This document shows positions 36,164-46,171 of a stretch of 64,000 nt of DNA, piece after piece. Location: positions 384,001 through 448,000 of the forward strand of contig CAVPSB010000012.1 of assembly GCA_963708025.1 (NCBI GenBank), in the 5' to 3' direction. Under the pieces are notes generated by a model. That model saw only the letters and a list, made by a program, of their open reading frames with translations. It was not told where the DNA came from and ran no database searches. Numbering within the stretch: position 1 is the first letter of the stretch; each line of letters starts with the position of its first letter. Source of the stretch: an uncultured Candidatus Rokubacteria bacterium (GTDB lineage Bacteria; Methylomirabilota; Methylomirabilia; Rokubacteriales; DASRDR01). A program made the position numbers and the translations under genes.

Positions 36164-39079
36164 ATGGCCAGCGACCGCATCGTCATCCGGGGCGCCCGCG
36201 AGCACAACCTCAAGAGCATCGACCTCGAGATCCCCCGCGACCGGCTGGTCGTCATCACCGGGCTCTCCGGGTCGGGCAAGTCCTCCCTCGCCTTCGACAC
36301 CATCTACGCCGAGGGGCAGCGGCGCTACGTCGAGAGTCTCTCCGCTTATGCGCGCCAGTTCCTGGAACAGATGGAGAAGCCCGACGTCGACTCGATCGAG
36401 GGCCTGTCACCGGCCATTTCGATCGAGCAGAAGACGACCTCCAAGAACCCGCGCTCCACCGTCGGCACCGTCACGGAGATCTACGACTACCTCCGGGTGC
36501 TCTACGCGCGGGTCGGGACCCCGCACTGTCCCCAGTGCGGCCAGGTGATCGCCGCCCAGACCGTCCAGCAGATGGTCGACCGCGTCCTCACGCTCCCCGG
36601 CGGAAGCCGGATCGTGGTCCTGGCGCCGATCGTCCGCGGCCGGAAGGGCGAGTACCGGAAGCTCTTCTTCGATCTCCGCCGCCAGGGCTACAGCCGCGTC
36701 AGGGTCAACGGCGCCGTGCGCGAGCTGACCGAGGAGATCGAGCTGGACAAGAACAAGAAGCACACGATCGAGGTGGTGGTGGACCGCCTGGTCGTGAAGC
36801 CGACCATCGCCGCCAGGCTGGCCGACTCGCTGGAGACCGCGCTGAAGCTCGCGGACGGCGTGGTGGTGGTCGAGCCCGCGGACAGCGGGCAGGCCTTCGT
36901 CTTCTCGGAGCGCCTGGCCTGCGCCCGCTGCGGGATCTCGTTCCCCGAGGTCTCGCCCCGGATGTTCTCCTTCAACAACCCCTACGGCGCCTGTCCGGAG
37001 TGCGGTGGGCTCGGGACGCGCTTCGAGCTGGACCCCGAGCTGTTGGTGCCGGATCCGCGGAAGTCGCTGAAGGAGGGCGCCCTCGCCCCCTGGGCCGGCC
37101 GCGAGTCGGTCTACTTCAAGCAGACCCTCCAGATCCTGGGCCGCCGCCGGCGCTTCAGCCTCGACACGCCGTGGCGCGAGCTGCCGAAGGCGACCCGGGA
37201 GCTGGTCCTCCACGGCACCGGCGAGGAGGGCGGCTTCGAGGGGATGGTCGGTGTGCTCCAGCGTCGTTACAAGGAGACGACGTCCGAGGAGACCCGGCTC
37301 GAGATCGAGCGCTTCATGTCCGAGCGGCCGTGCCCGGCGTGCCGGGGCGGCCGGCTCCGTCCGGAGAGCCTGGCCGTCCGGGTCGGGGCCCGCTCCATCC
37401 AGGAGGTCGGCGCGTTCACCATCAAAGAGGCGTCGGCCTTCTTCGAGACCCTGGTGCTCGGCGAGCGGGAGCAGACCATTGCCCGCCGCGTAATGAAGGA
37501 GATCCGGGAGCGGCTGGGCTTCCTGCGGGACGTCGGCCTCGAATACCTGACCCTCGACCGCGCCGCCGGCACGCTGTCGGGCGGCGAGGGGCAGCGGATC
37601 CGGCTGGCGACGCAGATCGGCTCGAGCCTGGTCGGCGTGCTCTACATCCTGGACGAGCCTTCGATCGGCCTCCACCAGCGGGACAACCGGCGGCTCCTGG
37701 ATACGCTGCTCCGGCTCCGCGACCTGGGCAACACCGTGCTGGTCGTCGAGCACGACGAGGAGACGATCCGCGCCGCCGACCACGTGATCGACCTCGGCCC
37801 CGGGGCCGGCGAGCTGGGGGGCCACGTCGTCGCCACCGGCACGCCGGCCGAGATCACGGTGGACCCGAAGTCGCTCACCGGGCGCTATCTGGCCGGCGAT
37901 CTCTCGATCCCGCTCCCGCCCGTGCGCCGGCCGGGCACCGGCAAGTGGCTCGTGATCCACGGGGCGCGGGAGCACAACCTCAAGGGCATGCCGGTCCGGA
38001 TCCCGCTCGGGACCTTCACCTGCATCACCGGCGTCTCGGGCTCCGGCAAGTCGACGCTGGTCAACGACATCCTCTACCGCTCCCTGGCCCAGGTCTTCCA
38101 CCGGGCCCAGGAGAAGCCGGGCGCCCACGAGCGGATCGAGGGGCTCCAGCACCTCGACAAGGTCATCAACATCGACCAGTCCCCCATCGGGCGGACGCCG
38201 CGCTCGAACCCGGCCACCTATACCGGCGTCTTCACCTTCATCCGATCGCTCTTCGCCCGGACCCCCGAGGCTCGCGCGCGCGGCTACCAGCCGGGCCGCT
38301 TCTCGTTCAACGTGAAGGGCGGGCGTTGCGAAGCCTGCCAGGGCGACGGCCTGGTGAAGATCGAGATGCACTTCCTGCCCGACGTCTACGTGACGTGCGA
38401 GGTTTGCAAGGGGAAGCGCTACAACCGCGAGACGCTGGAGATCCACTACAAGGACCGGAACGTCGCCGGGGTCCTGGAAATGACGGTGCGGGAGGCGCTC
38501 GCCTTCTTCGAGGCGGTGCCGCCCATTCGACAGAAGCTCCAGACGCTCCACGACGTCGGCCTCGACTACATTCGGCTGGGTCAGGCGGCCACGACGCTGT
38601 CGGGCGGCGAGGCTCAGCGGGTGAAGCTCTCGACGGAGCTCTCCCGCCGGGCCACCGGCCGGACCCTCTACATCCTGGACGAGCCGACCACGGGGCTCCA
38701 CTTCGCCGACATCCAGCGGCTGCTGGACGTCCTGAACGAGCTGGTTGGGCAGGGCAACACGGTGGTCGTGATCGAGCACAACCTCGACGTGGTCAAGACC
38801 GCGGACCACGTCGTCGACCTCGGGCCGGAGGGGGGCGACGCGGGCGGGCGCGTGGTGGCGACCGGGACGCCGGAAGCGGTGGCGGGGCAGGCCGAGCGGT
38901 CGTATACGGGCCAGTTCCTGCACCGCGTGCTGGGCAGGGCCGATGAGCGTCGCATCGCGTCGTCCTCGGTCGTCGCCCATCCTCGGCGTACTCGGAGTAC
39001 GCCTGCGGTGGGCGACTCCCTGCGTCCTAGCGCTGCTCGCTCCTCGGCCCCGCCCTCGGAGGACTCGGGAGTCGGGTAG
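36164..39079 (+). CDS. uvrA: Excinuclease ABC subunit UvrA
   Basis: [36 protein letters not shown], zinc fingers, two LSGGE signatures, [10 protein letters not shown]. Confidence 0.98.
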   Translation: MASDRIVIRGAREHNLKSIDLEIPRDRLVVITGLSGSGKSSLAFDTIYAEGQRRYVESLSAYARQFLEQMEKPDVDSIEGLSPAISIEQKTTSKNPRSTVGTVTEIYDYLRVLYARVGTPHCPQCGQVIAAQTVQQMVDRVLTLPGGSRIVVLAPIVRGRKGEYRKLFFDLRRQGYSRVRVNGAVRELTEEIELDKNKKHTIEVVVDRLVVKPTIAARLADSLETALKLADGVVVVEPADSGQAFVFSERLACARCGISFPEVSPRMFSFNNPYGACPECGGLGTRFELDPELLVPDPRKSLKEGALAPWAGRESVYFKQTLQILGRRRRFSLDTPWRELPKATRELVLHGTGEEGGFEGMVGVLQRRYKETTSEETRLEIERFMSERPCPACRGGRLRPESLAVRVGARSIQEVGAFTIKEASAFFETLVLGEREQTIARRVMKEIRERLGFLRDVGLEYLTLDRAAGTLSGGEGQRIRLATQIGSSLVGVLYILDEPSIGLHQRDNRRLLDTLLRLRDLGNTVLVVEHDEETIRAADHVIDLGPGAGELGGHVVATGTPAEITVDPKSLTGRYLAGDLSIPLPPVRRPGTGKWLVIHGAREHNLKGMPVRIPLGTFTCITGVSGSGKSTLVNDILYRSLAQVFHRAQEKPGAHERIEGLQHLDKVINIDQSPIGRTPRSNPATYTGVFTFIRSLFARTPEARARGYQPGRFSFNVKGGRCEACQGDGLVKIEMHFLPDVYVTCEVCKGKRYNRETLEIHYKDRNVAGVLEMTVREALAFFEAVPPIRQKLQTLHDVGLDYIRLGQAATTLSGGEAQRVKLSTELSRRATGRTLYILDEPTTGLHFADIQRLLDVLNELVGQGNTVVVIEHNLDVVKTADHVVDLGPEGGDAGGRVVATGTPEAVAGQAERSYTGQFLHRVLGRADERRIASSSVVAHPRRTRSTPAVGDSLRPSAARSSAPPSEDSGVG
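38945..39050 (+). repeat. Palindromic element, family C, read through at the uvrA 3' end
   Basis: TCGCATCGCGTCGTCCTCGGTCG identical to 6357-6379; nested stems GTCGCCCA..TGGGCGAC and GGCGTACT..AGTACGCC. Confidence 0.75.
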
Positions 39080-39093
39080 CCAGGAAGGGGAGA

Positions 39094-40002
39094 GTGAAGG
39101 TGAGCTGGCGGCGGGTTTCGCTCGGCCTCGCGCTGATGGCGTGGATTCTCGCGGGCGCCTTGCCGGCCGCCGGTCAACCGGCAGCCGGGCAGGAAGAAGA
39201 GGAGACCCGGGCCCGGGAGGTGTACGTGCCCCTCCCCGAGTTCCGGACCCACGGAGAACAGGATCAGCTCCTGGTGGAAGCGGTCACGCTCATCCGCGTG
39301 CGGCGCGTGGACCAGAGCGAAGCGCTGGTCGCCCGCGAGACCACCGGCTGGGAGCACGTGGTCCTCGAAGGCTTCCGGCTCACCTTCTACAACCAGGCTC
39401 GCCAGGCGCTCCGGCGCGGCCCGGGCCGGCACGTCATCGTGCAGGACTGGTCGGGCGGCGCCCACTGCTGCTTCGACTACCACGTCCTCCACATCCACGG
39501 GACCGAGGTCCGGCGGGAAGGCACGATCCGGTCGGGGGATTGTCGCCTCCACGTGGCCGACATCGACCACGACGGGACCCTGGAGCTGATCGCCTGCGAC
39601 GCCCGGTTTGCCTACGCCTTCGACCTGCCGTTCGTCGATTCGCCGCTGATCCCGGTCGTGTACACCTTCCGGGAGAAGGCCTACGTCGCCGACAACCGCC
39701 GCTTCCCTCAGGTGTTCCGCTTCCGGATCGCGCGGGAGCGGCGACGGCTCGCCGAGGCCGAGCAGGCCGCCGACAGCCGGACCGCGCGCGCCGCCACGCT
39801 CGGCATCGTCCTCAACATGCTCTACTCCGGGCGGGCGACCGACGGCTGGTGCGCCTTCGACCGGCTGTATCGGTGGGCCGATCGGAGCGCGGTCCGGCAG
39901 GAGCTCGTCGAGGGGTTGCGGAAGCCGCCGGATGCCGACGACCCGCGGGTGCCGCCCATCGACCTCGGCTACACGGTGGCCCCGCCGAAAACCTGTACGT
40001 AG
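39094..40002 (+). CDS. Hypothetical exported protein with SGGAHCC motif
   Basis: Signal peptide; WSGGAHCCFDY; DIDHDGTLEL (DxDxDG loop). Confidence 0.7.
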   Translation: MKVSWRRVSLGLALMAWILAGALPAAGQPAAGQEEEETRAREVYVPLPEFRTHGEQDQLLVEAVTLIRVRRVDQSEALVARETTGWEHVVLEGFRLTFYNQARQALRRGPGRHVIVQDWSGGAHCCFDYHVLHIHGTEVRREGTIRSGDCRLHVADIDHDGTLELIACDARFAYAFDLPFVDSPLIPVVYTFREKAYVADNRRFPQVFRFRIARERRRLAEAEQAADSRTARAATLGIVLNMLYSGRATDGWCAFDRLYRWADRSAVRQELVEGLRKPPDADDPRVPPIDLGYTVAPPKTCT

Positions 40003-40192
40003 ATCCCCCGCGTCCCCTGGTCGAGGATGGTCGGGCGCTGACCTGCGCCTCGCCCGCCGCCGGAACCGACCGCCGCCGGGGCGCGCCCTCCCGCCGGGCG
40101 GGGTCCTGTGCTAGGATTCCCCCACCGCCGGTCCTCATCTCGGCCGTCGCCCGGGGCGACGGCCTCGGGCTCACCCGCCTCAGGAGGCGTGA

Positions 40193-42286
40193 ATGGCGAT
40201 CGAGATCTCGCGCATCCGCAACATCGGCTTCGTCGGCCACGGCGGCGTCGGCAAGACGTCGCTGGTCGAGGCGATCCTGTTCCGGACCGGCATGACGAGC
40301 CGGCTCGGCCGGGTGGACGACGGCACCGCCACCACGGACTTCGACCCCGAGGAGGTGAAGCGTAAGATCTCGATCAACACCGCGGTCGCCTTCTGCGACT
40401 ACAAGGACCACCGCTTCCACCTCGTGGACATGCCGGGCTACGGCGATTTCGTCGCCGAGGCCCGGGCGGGGCTCCGGGTAGTCGAGGGCGCGGTGATCGT
40501 GGTCGACGCCGTCGCCGGCGTCGAGGTCCAGACGGAGAAGGTGTCGAAGTTCGCCCAGGAGTACGGGCTCCCTCGCCTCTGCTTCGTCAACCGGATGGAC
40601 CGGGAGCGGGCCGACTTCACCCGGACGCTCGACTCGATCCAGCGCCGGCTCAAGGGCCGGTTCGTCCCGCTCAACCTGCCGGTCGGGCAGGAGTCGGCCT
40701 TCCGGGGGGTCGTGGACGTGGTGCGGATGAAGGCGAACGTCCAGGGTGGCGACGGCAAGATCGTGGAGATCGAGGTGCCCGACGACCTCGCCGTCACCGC
40801 CCGCGAGTACCGGGAGAAGCTGGTGGAGGCGGTGGCCGAGACCGACGACGACCTGCTGGCCCGGTATCTCGAGGAGGGGAGCCTGGCCGACGACGAGGTG
40901 ATCAAGGCCCTGCGGGCGGCGATCGCGGCCGGCAAGCTGGTTCCGGTCCTGTGCGGCTCGGCCGCCAAGACGCTCGGGGTGGGGTCGCTCCTGACTCTGG
41001 TGATCGACTCCTTCCCCTCGCCGGCCGAGCGCGGCCCCGTCGAGGGGACCGACCCGCGCACCAAGGAGCTGGTGACCCGGGCGCCGGGAGCGAAGGAGCC
41101 GTTCTCGGCCCTCGTCTTCAAGACGTTCACCGACCCGCATGTTGGGAAGCTCAGCCTCTTCCGCGTCTTCTCGGGCACGGTGGCCGGGAACTCCCAGGTC
41201 TACAACGCGGCCCGCGAAGCCCGCGAGCGGGTCGGCCAGGTCGCCCACATGCAGGGCAAGGAGCAGCGGGGCGTGGACGCGCTGGGGCCCGGCGAGATCG
41301 GCGTCGTCGCCAAGCTGAAGGAGACGCTGACCGGCGACACGCTCTCCGTGGACAATGCGCCCATCGTGTTCTCGCCGGTCGCCTTTCCGGAGCCGGCGAT
41401 CTCGTTCGCGCTCCAGCCGAAGGCCAAGGGTGACGAGGACAAGATCTCCAACGCCCTGGCCCGGCTGGCCGAGGAGGACCCCACCCTCCGCTACCACTAC
41501 GATCCGGAGACCAAGCAGCTCCTGATCTCCGGCGTCGGGCAGCTCCACATCGAGGTGACCCTCGAGCGGATGAAGCGCAAGTTCAACGCCGAGGTGGTCC
41601 TCCTGCCCCCACGCATCCCCTACAAGGAGACGGTCCGGGGCCGGGCCCAGGTCCAGGGGCGTCACAAGAAGCAGACCGGCGGCCGCGGGCAGTTCGGCGA
41701 CTGCTGGATCGAGATCGAGCCCCTGACGCGGGGTGGCGGCTTCGAGTTCGTGGACAACATCTTCGGGGGGTCCATCCCGCGCAATTTCATCCCCTCGGTG
41801 GAGAAGGGGGTCCGGGCCCGGCTCGAGCGCGGGGTCATCGCGGGCTTCCCCGTCGTCGACATCCGGGTCAGCCTCTACGACGGCTCGTACCACTCGGTCG
41901 ACTCGTCGGACATCGCCTTCCAGCTCGCCGGTCAGATCGCGGCCGAGAAGGCGGTGCAGGAGGCCCGGCCCTGCCTGCTGGAGCCGATCACGAACGTCGA
42001 GGTCACCGTGCCCTCCGGCCTGGCCGGCGACGTCATCGGGGACCTCAACAGCCGCCGGGGGAAGATCGCCGGGATGGACAGCGGGGGAGAGACGACGACG
42101 GTCCGGGCGCAGGTGCCGATGGCGGAGATGCTGAACTACGAGCCCCACCTGCGCTCGATGTCGGGCGGCCGCGGCAGCTACTCCATGGAGTTCTCCCACT
42201 ACGAGGAGCTGCCCGGGATGCTCGCCGAGAAGGTGGTCGCGGAGGCGAAGAAGGAGCGGGAGGCCAAGGCGGCCGAGAAGCACTGA
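40193..42286 (+). CDS. fusA: Elongation factor G paralog (EF-G2 type)
   Basis: G1 GHGGVGKTS (vs AHIDAGKTT), RKISI, DMPGYGDF, NRMD, HKKQTGGRGQFG, DGSYHSVDSS; lies outside an str operon; SD AGGAGG. Confidence 0.93.
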   Translation: MAIEISRIRNIGFVGHGGVGKTSLVEAILFRTGMTSRLGRVDDGTATTDFDPEEVKRKISINTAVAFCDYKDHRFHLVDMPGYGDFVAEARAGLRVVEGAVIVVDAVAGVEVQTEKVSKFAQEYGLPRLCFVNRMDRERADFTRTLDSIQRRLKGRFVPLNLPVGQESAFRGVVDVVRMKANVQGGDGKIVEIEVPDDLAVTAREYREKLVEAVAETDDDLLARYLEEGSLADDEVIKALRAAIAAGKLVPVLCGSAAKTLGVGSLLTLVIDSFPSPAERGPVEGTDPRTKELVTRAPGAKEPFSALVFKTFTDPHVGKLSLFRVFSGTVAGNSQVYNAAREARERVGQVAHMQGKEQRGVDALGPGEIGVVAKLKETLTGDTLSVDNAPIVFSPVAFPEPAISFALQPKAKGDEDKISNALARLAEEDPTLRYHYDPETKQLLISGVGQLHIEVTLERMKRKFNAEVVLLPPRIPYKETVRGRAQVQGRHKKQTGGRGQFGDCWIEIEPLTRGGGFEFVDNIFGGSIPRNFIPSVEKGVRARLERGVIAGFPVVDIRVSLYDGSYHSVDSSDIAFQLAGQIAAEKAVQEARPCLLEPITNVEVTVPSGLAGDVIGDLNSRRGKIAGMDSGGETTTVRAQVPMAEMLNYEPHLRSMSGGRGSYSMEFSHYEELPGMLAEKVVAEAKKEREAKAAEKH

Positions 42287-42366
42287 TTTTCGGGACCTCC
42301 CTCCCACCCCCCCAGCCCCCCTCCCCCACCCACCGGGGGGAGGGGGGAGCCGGAGGCCCGATTCCC
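42287..42366 (-). repeat. Family A element (reverse) abutting the fusA stop
   Basis: Minus strand CTCCGGCTCCCCCCTCCCCCCGGTGGGTGGGGGAGGGGGGCTGGGGGGGTGGGAGGGAGGTCCCGAAAATCA. Confidence 0.85.
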
Positions 42367-42447
42367 GAGCTGTCGTGCGACGTGGAATGCCTGGCCGCGC
42401 ATCCGATGTCAGAGGGTCACGAGAAGCCGACGGGTGGTGGAGGGGGG

Positions 42448-43338
42448 ATGCCGCAGCCGGACCTCGAGCTGATCGCGGAGACCGCCAAGGCCCTGTACGT
42501 CAGGGCGCTGAAGCTCCTGCCCCCGGACGTCAAGGCGGCGCTGGCCCGCGCTCACGCCGGCGAGCGACAGCCGCGGGCGCGCGAGATCCTCGGCACGATG
42601 CTGGCCAACCTCGACGTCGCCGAGACGCGCGGCCTTCTGGTCTGTCAGGACACGGGCACCCCTGTCTTCCGGGTCCGCGTCGGCCGCGCGTTCCCGCTCG
42701 ACGCTCTCGGCGGCCACGCGATCGCCGAGGCCCTGGCCGAGGGCGTGCGGCGGGCGACCGCCGAGCATCCCCTCCGGTCCAGCATCTGCCACCCGCTCAG
42801 CCGGGAGAACCCGCAGACCAACACCGGCTGGCGCATCCCGGTGGTGGACTGGACGTTCCGCCCGGACGGCGACACGCTCGATCTGGCGATGATGCCGAAG
42901 GGCTCCGGCTCGGAGAACATGTCGTTCCTCCGCATGCTGACGCCGGCGGCCGGAGTGGCCGGGATCAAGCGGTTCGTGATCGACTGCGTCCTGGAGGCGG
43001 GCGGGAAGCCCTGCCCCCCGACGATCGTGGGGGTCGGGATCGGCGGGACCTCCGACCTCTGCATGAAGCTGGCGAAGGAGGCGATCTGGCGGCCGGTCGG
43101 GGAGCCGAACCCGGATCCCGACCTGGCCCGGCTCGAGGCCGACCTGCTGGAAGCCATCAACATGACCGGCTTCGGGCCGATGGGGCTGGGTGGTGACACG
43201 ACGGCGCTGGCGGTCATGGTGGAGGCCGCCTACACCCACATCACGCAGAACCCGGTGGCGGTGACCCTCCAGTGCTGGCGCGGCGAGCGCGCCTCTGCCC
43301 GGATCCATGCCGACGGCCGGGTGGAGCATGGCTACTGA
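42448..43338 (+). CDS. Fe-S hydro-lyase alpha subunit (fumarate hydratase class I / tartrate dehydratase)
   Basis: CQDTG, PKGSGSEN, GGKPCPP.IVGVGIGGT, G.GPMGLGG.TT.L, PVAV..QCW. Confidence 0.92.
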   Translation: MPQPDLELIAETAKALYVRALKLLPPDVKAALARAHAGERQPRAREILGTMLANLDVAETRGLLVCQDTGTPVFRVRVGRAFPLDALGGHAIAEALAEGVRRATAEHPLRSSICHPLSRENPQTNTGWRIPVVDWTFRPDGDTLDLAMMPKGSGSENMSFLRMLTPAAGVAGIKRFVIDCVLEAGGKPCPPTIVGVGIGGTSDLCMKLAKEAIWRPVGEPNPDPDLARLEADLLEAINMTGFGPMGLGGDTTALAVMVEAAYTHITQNPVAVTLQCWRGERASARIHADGRVEHGY

Positions 43339-43921
43339 GCACCGCCTGACGCCGCCCCTGACCGAGGCGCAGGCGCGGGACCTGCGAGCCGGCGACACCG
43401 TCACGCTCGACGGGATCGTCTACGGCCTCCGGGACGCCACGCTGATCCGGATGTTCGATCAGGGGGTCGCGCCGCCAGTGGACCTCGCCGGCACCGTCGT
43501 CCTCCACACGGCCCCCAACGTGAAGCGAGGCCCGGAGGGCCGCTACGTGCCGCTGTCCGTCGGCACCACGACCAGCATGCGCATGGATCGCTTCACACGG
43601 CCCCTGCTCGCCCGCCACGGGGTCCGCGCCATCATCGGGAAGGGCGGCCTGTCCGGGGAGAGCCTGGCGGCGTTCCGCGAGCACGGGAGCGTGTACCTGG
43701 CCATCACCGGCGGCGCCGCGGCGCTCGAGACCGTGCAGATCGAGGCCATCGAGGCCGTGTGGTGGGAGGATCTCCTGCCAGAGTGCCTCTGGCGCTTCCG
43801 GGTCCGCGGCCTCGGGCCCCTGATCGTCGCGATGGACGCCCAGGGCGGCGACCTCTACGCCGATGTGGCGGACGAGGCGCAGCGTCGGCTCGCCGCCATT
43901 CACGCCAGGCTCGGCATCTGA
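43328..43921 (+). CDS. Fe-S hydro-lyase beta subunit
   Basis: LRAGD.V.L.G, RDA, GTTTSMRM, IIGKGG, GPLIVAMD. Confidence 0.92.
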   Translation: MATEHRLTPPLTEAQARDLRAGDTVTLDGIVYGLRDATLIRMFDQGVAPPVDLAGTVVLHTAPNVKRGPEGRYVPLSVGTTTSMRMDRFTRPLLARHGVRAIIGKGGLSGESLAAFREHGSVYLAITGGAAALETVQIEAIEAVWWEDLLPECLWRFRVRGLGPLIVAMDAQGGDLYADVADEAQRRLAAIHARLGI

Positions 43922-44152
43922 CCGGTCAGGCCTCGATGGAGTGACGAGGAGGGGCGAACGTTGCTGTGGCGCCTGCGTCCGCCAGGTCGGTCGGCGCTCA
44001 CACGCCCTCCGACCGCGGGTGGCGGACCGGCGTCTTCGCTGAGAACAGTGACCCCCCGCCCGCGTCAGCTGGCGAGCGGCGTCAGGGCCCTCGGCCCTCG
44101 TGAGGCTCGGCGGTGGCGCGCCAGACCGGGGCATCGGCGGGCCCTGAGCCCC

Positions 44153-44169
44153 CGGCATGACCCGTGCAT
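44153..44169 (+). promoter_or_regulatory. Probable sigma54 promoter upstream of the DksA-like gene
   Basis: CGGCATGACCCGTGCAT with GG-N10-GC spacing, ~30 nt before SD AAAGGAGG/ATG. Confidence 0.5.
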
Positions 44170-44200
44170 CGGTGCCGGCAGCACCCTAAAGGAGGGCACC

Positions 44201-44602
44201 ATGAGCAGCAAGGAGCGGCTGGACCGGCGGACGGTCCGGGAGATCGAGCAGTTCCTGAAGGTCAAGCAGATCCAGCTCAAGGAAGCGGTGCGGAGTGTCG
44301 TGAGCGAGCGTCGCTCTACCGAGTCCGGCCGCACGGCCGACGTGACGGTGTGGGCGACCGAGACGCTGAACGACGAGATCCAGGTTGCGCTGGCCGATCG
44401 CCACAGCCGCCAGCTCGCCCAGATCGAGGCCGCCCTCGAGCGGCTCGCGCGCGGCGAATACGGGGTCTGCCACGACTGCGAGGAGTTCATCGGGCTGGCC
44501 CGGATCAAGGCGCTCCCCTTCGCCCACCGGTGCAGCGCCTGCCAGTCACGCGCCGAGCGCAAGGCGCGCCAGATGGCGCCGGCCGTCCGCGAGGCGGCCT
44601 GA
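44201..44602 (+). CDS. TraR/DksA C4-type zinc-finger protein
   Basis: Coiled coil, IEAALERL..GEYGVCHDC...IG.ARIKALP...CSACQ; SD AAAGGAGG. Confidence 0.9.
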   Translation: MSSKERLDRRTVREIEQFLKVKQIQLKEAVRSVVSERRSTESGRTADVTVWATETLNDEIQVALADRHSRQLAQIEAALERLARGEYGVCHDCEEFIGLARIKALPFAHRCSACQSRAERKARQMAPAVREAA

Positions 44603-44655
44603 CCGACTGCCGACCGCTCCTTCTCGGGGGGGGTCTTCGAGACCCCCCGAGGCAT

Positions 44656-45092
44656 TCAAACCGGGATGAGGATCAGGATCAGCCAGCCGGCGAGGAGCGT
44701 CAACACCGTCAGCGGGACGCCGACCTTGCAGTACTCCACGAAGCCCACCTGAACCCGCTCGCCGCGGGCCACCTCGACGACGATGAGGTTGGCGACCGAC
44801 CCCAGCAGGGTCAGGTTGCCCGCCAGCGTGGAGGCCATCGCCAGGATGAGCCAGCCGCGCGCCGGCTCCCCGAACGTCGGGATGACCGACTTGAAGAGCA
44901 GGACGGCGCATCGACCGAGGCCACCGCCCGGTCCCACGGGATGACGCCGGTGACCACCATGACCGCCGCGCCGATGATGGCGACCCCGGTACGGTCGACG
45001 CGGAACCCGGGGACGCGGCCGAGGGCCAGGCCCACGTAGGTCCACATGAAGGCGGCCAGCGCGATCACGCGGCCGAGCGCCACGTCGTGCAT
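44656..45092 (-). pseudogene. ArsB/NhaD/CitM-family anion transporter with a large internal deletion
   Basis: N-terminus ALGRVPGFRVDRTGVAIIGA..AVASVDA joined out of frame at ~44905 to C-terminus AVLLF...LAMASTLAGNLTLLGSVANLIVVE. Confidence 0.8.
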
Positions 45093-45175
45093 GACGTGAA
45101 GTATACCGGCTGGCTTGACACTCCTCGCCACATCTGGGAGAGTACCGGCATCGCGGAGCCGCCCCGGAACCCGAC

Positions 45176-46171
45176 GTGGAGCTTCATCGCCGCGCGATCC
45201 AGATCGTTCACGCCCGACTCGGCTTGGCGTCGAACAACGGGCCGCTGATCCACCGGGCCGAGTACTTCCGGGACCGGGTCCCGCAGTCTCTCCTGACCGA
45301 CTACCATCGGGTCAACGACGTGCCCTGGGACGAGCGCCATCCGGTGGACGCCCGGATCGACGTCGTGGACGCCGCCGGCGCCGAGCCCGCTATCACGCTT
45401 GGCCCGGACCGCGTGCTGGCGGTGGGGGACTGGACTGGGTGCGAGGCGACGGCCTCCGACCGGCGCTACTCGCTCTTCGGCAACCTCGGCTTCCTGTTCC
45501 GCTACGCGATCCACGCCCTGGAGCGCTACCACGACACCTGGTCGTTCCACGCCAGCGCCATGGTCGACGACAAGGGCGACCTGTGGCTCATCCCGGGCGG
45601 CGCCGGCGCCGGCAAGACGGTCTTCCTCCTCGAAGGACTCGGTCGCGGGTGGACCATCTTCTCGACCGAGATGACCCACGTCCGGCTCACCGACGGCGGC
45701 TACGAGCTCTACAAGGGATCGCTGTTCGACAACATCCGGCTCGGCACCCTCCTCTACGACTTCCCCCAGGTGCTGGAGCGCCTCGGCCTGACGCTGCCGG
45801 AGTCACGAGACCCGTGGGGCACGAAGATCGCGCTGGACCTGGGCCACGTCCAGACCCCCGCCGATGTCCTGCTGAGCCCCTCTCTCCGGATCGTCGCCCC
45901 CAAGGTCGAGTCGGGGCGCGACCGGGCCATCGTCGGGCGCCTCGACCGGCGCGAGAAGCTGGTCAAGCTCCTCTTCGACAACGCGACGGAGAAGCACGGC
46001 GGCACGGTGCTGCTCTACGACCGGCTGCCGCTCCCGTCGCTCGACACGCCCGAGCTGATGACCCGCCGGCTGGCGGCCATGCGGGGGCTCGTCGAGCGGG
46101 CGACGATCAAGAGCGCGCGGACCACGCTCTGCGGGGCGCGCAACTGCCTGGAGGGTCTGCTGGATGACTGA
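45176..46171 (+). CDS. HPr-kinase-related P-loop protein
   Basis: FHASAMV...LIPGGAGAGKT..L...GRGWTIFSTE resembles the H-A/G..GxSGxGKS/T..DD core of HprK-like kinases; TTGACA at 45115. Confidence 0.6.
   Translation: MELHRRAIQIVHARLGLASNNGPLIHRAEYFRDRVPQSLLTDYHRVNDVPWDERHPVDARIDVVDAAGAEPAITLGPDRVLAVGDWTGCEATASDRRYSLFGNLGFLFRYAIHALERYHDTWSFHASAMVDDKGDLWLIPGGAGAGKTVFLLEGLGRGWTIFSTEMTHVRLTDGGYELYKGSLFDNIRLGTLLYDFPQVLERLGLTLPESRDPWGTKIALDLGHVQTPADVLLSPSLRIVAPKVESGRDRAIVGRLDRREKLVKLLFDNATEKHGGTVLLYDRLPLPSLDTPELMTRRLAAMRGLVERATIKSARTTLCGARNCLEGLLDD

Noticed and set aside
1118-42366. Family A repeats as a CRISPR array
   Set aside because: Dispersed, variable, not regularly spaced; no cas genes.
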